IMG/VR virus record: IMGVR_UViG_3300037792_000015
Coordinates: 1 to 36,144 of that record
Direction: 5' to 3' (one strand)
Source of the DNA: a virus
Lineage: Duplodnaviria; Caudoviricetes
Length of the DNA: 36,144 bases
How positions within the stretch are numbered: position 1 is the first letter of the stretch; each line of letters begins with the position of its first letter. Shown here piece after piece: positions 33,676-36,144 of this stretch. The notes beneath the pieces are model-generated. The model saw nothing but the letters and a program-made list of their open reading frames with translations. It was not told the DNA's origin and searched no databases. The position numbers and the translations under genes were made by a program.

Positions 33676-34490
33676 TGCTGGGGCTTGGCCTTGGAGTGCC
33701 TGCTGTCGCGGCGCGCAGGCGCGGGGCAGGCGGTGGCGGGGGCGGGGTTCCTTGGATTCCCTCAGATGCGGACGGTAGTTTCTTCGGCTGGTGGGATGCT
33801 TCGGACGGGCTCGATGTCACGGGCACCACGATCAACAGCTGGGCGGACAAATCAGGTCAGGGCAACTCACTCACCCCGACGTCCATGCTGACAAGCACAG
33901 CCAAATTCGGCGGCGCGGCTGTCCCACGCATGGCAAGTGGCGCTTACTTTACATCTGCTGCTGCCTTAGCCGCACCAAAAACATTCTTTGCGGTCGCGGC
34001 TCTCGACTCAGCCGTGAACGCTGGTTTCGGTGGCGCACGCCTGATGCGGAACGCGGGAAGCTCTGCCTATGTGATCGCGACTGGTTCGACATCGGGGCTG
34101 ATGGCAGGCGAGCTGTTTAGTTATGTGAACACAAACACGGCTTACCGTGGCGCCAGCACGGGCACGCTGCCATCAGGGATTGACAGCAGCGAGCATATTT
34201 TTGCGACCCGTTGGGCCGCCGGAGACTCTGACATCGCCCTCCATCTGGACGGCTCTGGCGATCTCGCGAACATCGGCTCGGCGGGCAACCCTGCTTGGTT
34301 CTCGGGTGTCGTAAGAATAGCAGAGGGCCAAGCATCCGGGCCCGGGCATATGGCTGAGTGCATCGTTTTTACCACCCGGCTTTCTGATGCAGACTTCGAC
34401 CGCGTCACAGGCTATCTCGCCCATAAGTGGGGAACACAGGGCAGCTTGCCCGCCGAGCATCCTTATAAAGATGCCCCTCCAACTGTCTGA
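33675..34490 (+). CDS. Head fibre protein with an Rcc01080 (GhsB)-like N-terminus and a LamG/ConA-like domain
   Basis: MLGLGLG N-terminal peptide, poly-Gly, WWDASD, W.DKSG.GN, G.MAE.IVF...LS ... GYLAHKWG; coupled to the spike base gene. Confidence 0.72.
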   Translation: MLGLGLGVPAVAARRRGAGGGGGGVPWIPSDADGSFFGWWDASDGLDVTGTTINSWADKSGQGNSLTPTSMLTSTAKFGGAAVPRMASGAYFTSAAALAAPKTFFAVAALDSAVNAGFGGARLMRNAGSSAYVIATGSTSGLMAGELFSYVNTNTAYRGASTGTLPSGIDSSEHIFATRWAAGDSDIALHLDGSGDLANIGSAGNPAWFSGVVRIAEGQASGPGHMAECIVFTTRLSDADFDRVTGYLAHKWGTQGSLPAEHPYKDAPPTV

Positions 34491-34507
34491 ACAGGACAGC
34501 AACAACC

Positions 34508-34543
34508 GGCGCGGGGTGGGCTGCAACCCGTGAACCCCGCGCC
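34508..34543. repeat. Inverted repeat / hairpin between the head fibre gene and the lysis genes
   Basis: GGCGCGGGGT (34508-34517) pairs perfectly with ACCCCGCGCC (34534-34543); inner GGG-CTGCAA-CCC. Confidence 0.7.
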
Positions 34544-34617
34544 TTACCACACGATCAACATGCAAACCGTGCGGCTGTCACAGCAAGGCGCGAGAATCGG
34601 AACAGGAGTCAACAGGC

Positions 34618-34914
34618 ATGCTGCCAGACTGGAATACAATACAAGGCGCATGGCCGCTGATTGCAGGAATAGCCGCGCTCTGGGCGCGTTTGGAGGTGGC
34701 CCTGTCCCGTGCGCGTGACCAGTCGAAAGCAAATGAGGCCGAGATCGGGAAGCTAGAGGTCAAGTTCGACAACGCGATCAAGGATCTGCGCGACGATGCG
34801 AAGGTCGCAGCACAAGGCCAGCAGCAGCAGGCGGTGCAGCTTGGCCGCATCGAAGAAAGCCTAATCGGAATCGGTCGCACACTGGAGCGGCTCGACAAGA
34901 AGATGGGCGACTGA
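34618..34914 (+). CDS. Single-TM coiled-coil protein, putative holin or lysis accessory
   Basis: SD AGGAG; WPLIAGIAALW hydrophobic segment then coiled coil; upstream of the endolysin. Confidence 0.62.
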   Translation: MLPDWNTIQGAWPLIAGIAALWARLEVALSRARDQSKANEAEIGKLEVKFDNAIKDLRDDAKVAAQGQQQQAVQLGRIEESLIGIGRTLERLDKKMGD

Positions 34915-34940
34915 ACCACACGACATTTCGACCTGACGCA

Positions 34941-34964
34941 GCTCGCCTTTCGGCGGGCTTTTTT
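34941..34964 (+). terminator. Intrinsic terminator between the putative holin and the endolysin
   Basis: GCTCGCC-TTTC-GGCGGGC followed by TTTTTT. Confidence 0.8.
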
Positions 34965-34997
34965 CATGCCTGACAGATCCCGAAGGAGGGACCCCTG

Positions 34998-35975
34998 ATG
35001 CAGTATAACCAAGCTATCCTTGCCGCTGCCGGTGAATACATCGGCATTGCCGAATGGCCCGGTGCCAAGCACAACCCGGCCGTGGTGGAGATGTTCGCCA
35101 AGGTCGGCCACGACTGGGTGGAAGATGATGAGATGCCCTGGTGCGCCGCCTTCGTCGGTGCGGTGCTGGCAGGGCTTGGCTTGCCTCACACGGGCAAGCT
35201 TAACGCGCGGTCTTATATGGGCTGGGGTGCCGAGGTCAGGATGCAGGACGCCCGCCCTGGTGATGTGGTGGTGCTGTGGCGTGGATCGCAGACCAGCTGG
35301 CAGGGGCATGTGGCCTTTCTGGTGCGCTTCGATGGGGACCGGGTGGTTCTGCGGGGTGGCAACCAGGGTAACGGCGTGACCGATGCTCCCTATCCGCGTG
35401 ATCGCATCCTCGGTATCCGCCGCGCTGACGGTGTTGAAGCCCGCGGTGCGCGCCCCGTTCTGCGCTCGGGCAATCGCGGCGCGTGGGTTCTCGATCTCCA
35501 AGATCAGCTGGTGGGTCTTGGCTACACACTGGGCCAGAAGGATGGTGCATTCGGGCCTCGGACCCTTGCGGCTGTGATCGAGTTCCAGTCGGAGAACGGA
35601 TTGGTCGCCGATGGGGTCGTGGGTGATCGCACATGGGCCAAGCTGGAGCTGGCCGCCAAGCGCAAAGTGCGCTCGATCGAGATGGACGATCTCAAAGGCA
35701 AGAGTCGCACGATCTCCGAGGCCGAGAAGGGCAAGCGCGCGGTCACCGTGGGCGGTGCTGTCGCCGGTGCCGGCGTTGTGGTTGATCAGTTGCAGGATGC
35801 CGCGCTGATCGCCCGCGAGGCCGAGGGCATCCTCGACCAGCTGACGGCGATCGCACCAGGTGCGCTGGCGGTTGTGATCCTCGGTGTCGTGGCTTGGCTG
35901 GCCTATCGCCACTTCACCCGGATCGAGGAGATCCGCCTCGATGATGCGCGCACCGGCGCGAACGATCGGATCTGA
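34998..35975 (+). CDS. Endolysin: TIGR02594/NlpC-P60-like domain, peptidoglycan-binding domain and C-terminal hydrophobic segments
   Basis: SD AAGGAGG; DDE.PWCAAFV, ARSY..WG, GDVVV..RG, GHVAF, GGNQ; LR.G..G..V..LQ..L..LGY ... DG.FG..T..AV..FQ...GL..DGVVG..TW. Confidence 0.92.
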   Translation: MQYNQAILAAAGEYIGIAEWPGAKHNPAVVEMFAKVGHDWVEDDEMPWCAAFVGAVLAGLGLPHTGKLNARSYMGWGAEVRMQDARPGDVVVLWRGSQTSWQGHVAFLVRFDGDRVVLRGGNQGNGVTDAPYPRDRILGIRRADGVEARGARPVLRSGNRGAWVLDLQDQLVGLGYTLGQKDGAFGPRTLAAVIEFQSENGLVADGVVGDRTWAKLELAAKRKVRSIEMDDLKGKSRTISEAEKGKRAVTVGGAVAGAGVVVDQLQDAALIAREAEGILDQLTAIAPGALAVVILGVVAWLAYRHFTRIEEIRLDDARTGANDRI

Positions 35976-35979
35976 TCGG

Positions 35980-36144
35980 ATGCAGATCAAAGTCCCGCTC
36001 GAATACATCTGGCGGCCGGTTGCGGATGCGATCGACCGCTGGATCGACAGGCGCGAGCAAACCAATGGCGGGCTGTGCTGGCCGCTGATGTTCTGGATCG
36101 CGCTGATCGGGATCGTCATTGCCTGGGCGGTCACTGCCAGATGA
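35980..36144 (+). CDS. 54 aa membrane protein (lysis accessory, possibly spanin-related)
   Basis: ATG 35980 to TGA 36144; C-terminal TM WPLMFWIALIGIVIAWAV. Confidence 0.55.
   Translation: MQIKVPLEYIWRPVADAIDRWIDRREQTNGGLCWPLMFWIALIGIVIAWAVTAR

Larger units (their letters stand above)
1..36144. mobile_element. Lambda-like temperate siphophage/prophage, alphaproteobacterial (Rhodobacteraceae-like); integrase and att sites not in window
   Basis: Continuous modules: early-left, cI/cro, replication, terminase, portal, capsid, tail tube, tape measure, fibres, lysis; no host housekeeping genes. Confidence 0.96.

Noticed and set aside
31379-34617. Diversity-generating retroelement acting on the fibre genes
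   Set aside because: No reverse transcriptase and no template/variable repeat pair seen; the 59 aa duplication is an in-frame domain repeat
34578-36134. 518 aa minus-strand ORF
   Set aside because: Antisense shadow of the holin-like and endolysin genes; no motifs; expected in high-GC DNA

Overview
The whole window is one GC-rich, lambda-like temperate siphophage or prophage, most likely from a Rhodobacteraceae or other alphaproteobacterial host. The host guess rests on a GcrA-like gene, an RcGTA-type head-spike pair and a cuckoo-type CCUCCUCCC motif. Layout: (1) a leftward early operon (1-8170) of about 19 translationally coupled accessory genes, including an MT-A70 methyltransferase, Lar, Gp37/Gp68, DUF4031, a short C5-methyltransferase-like protein, a ParB-like protein and a DHH phosphoesterase; (2) a two-gene envelope moron and a cI/cro switch with matching operators; (3) a rightward early and replication operon with an HTH protein, a tandem hairpin array, GcrA-like, DUF2303, a DnaA domain IV protein, an initiator, an origin-like region and a Q-position gene; (4) a late promoter and terminator, a degenerate tRNA-Met(CAT) and a lambda-like cos candidate; (5) head genes (TerS, GpA-type TerL, gpW, portal, ClpP-capsid fusion, DUF2190); (6) tail and fibre genes; (7) lysis genes. 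No integrase is in the window; it probably lies just left of base 1. The most interesting items are a Maf/DUF115-like transferase fused to a SAM methyltransferase inside the head operon (candidate virion-modification system), about 280 nt of eight back-to-back hairpins with anti-Shine-Dalgarno loops in front of the GcrA-like gene (candidate phage sRNA), and a GTA-like head-spike module. All family calls come from motifs recognised by eye; no database searches were run.
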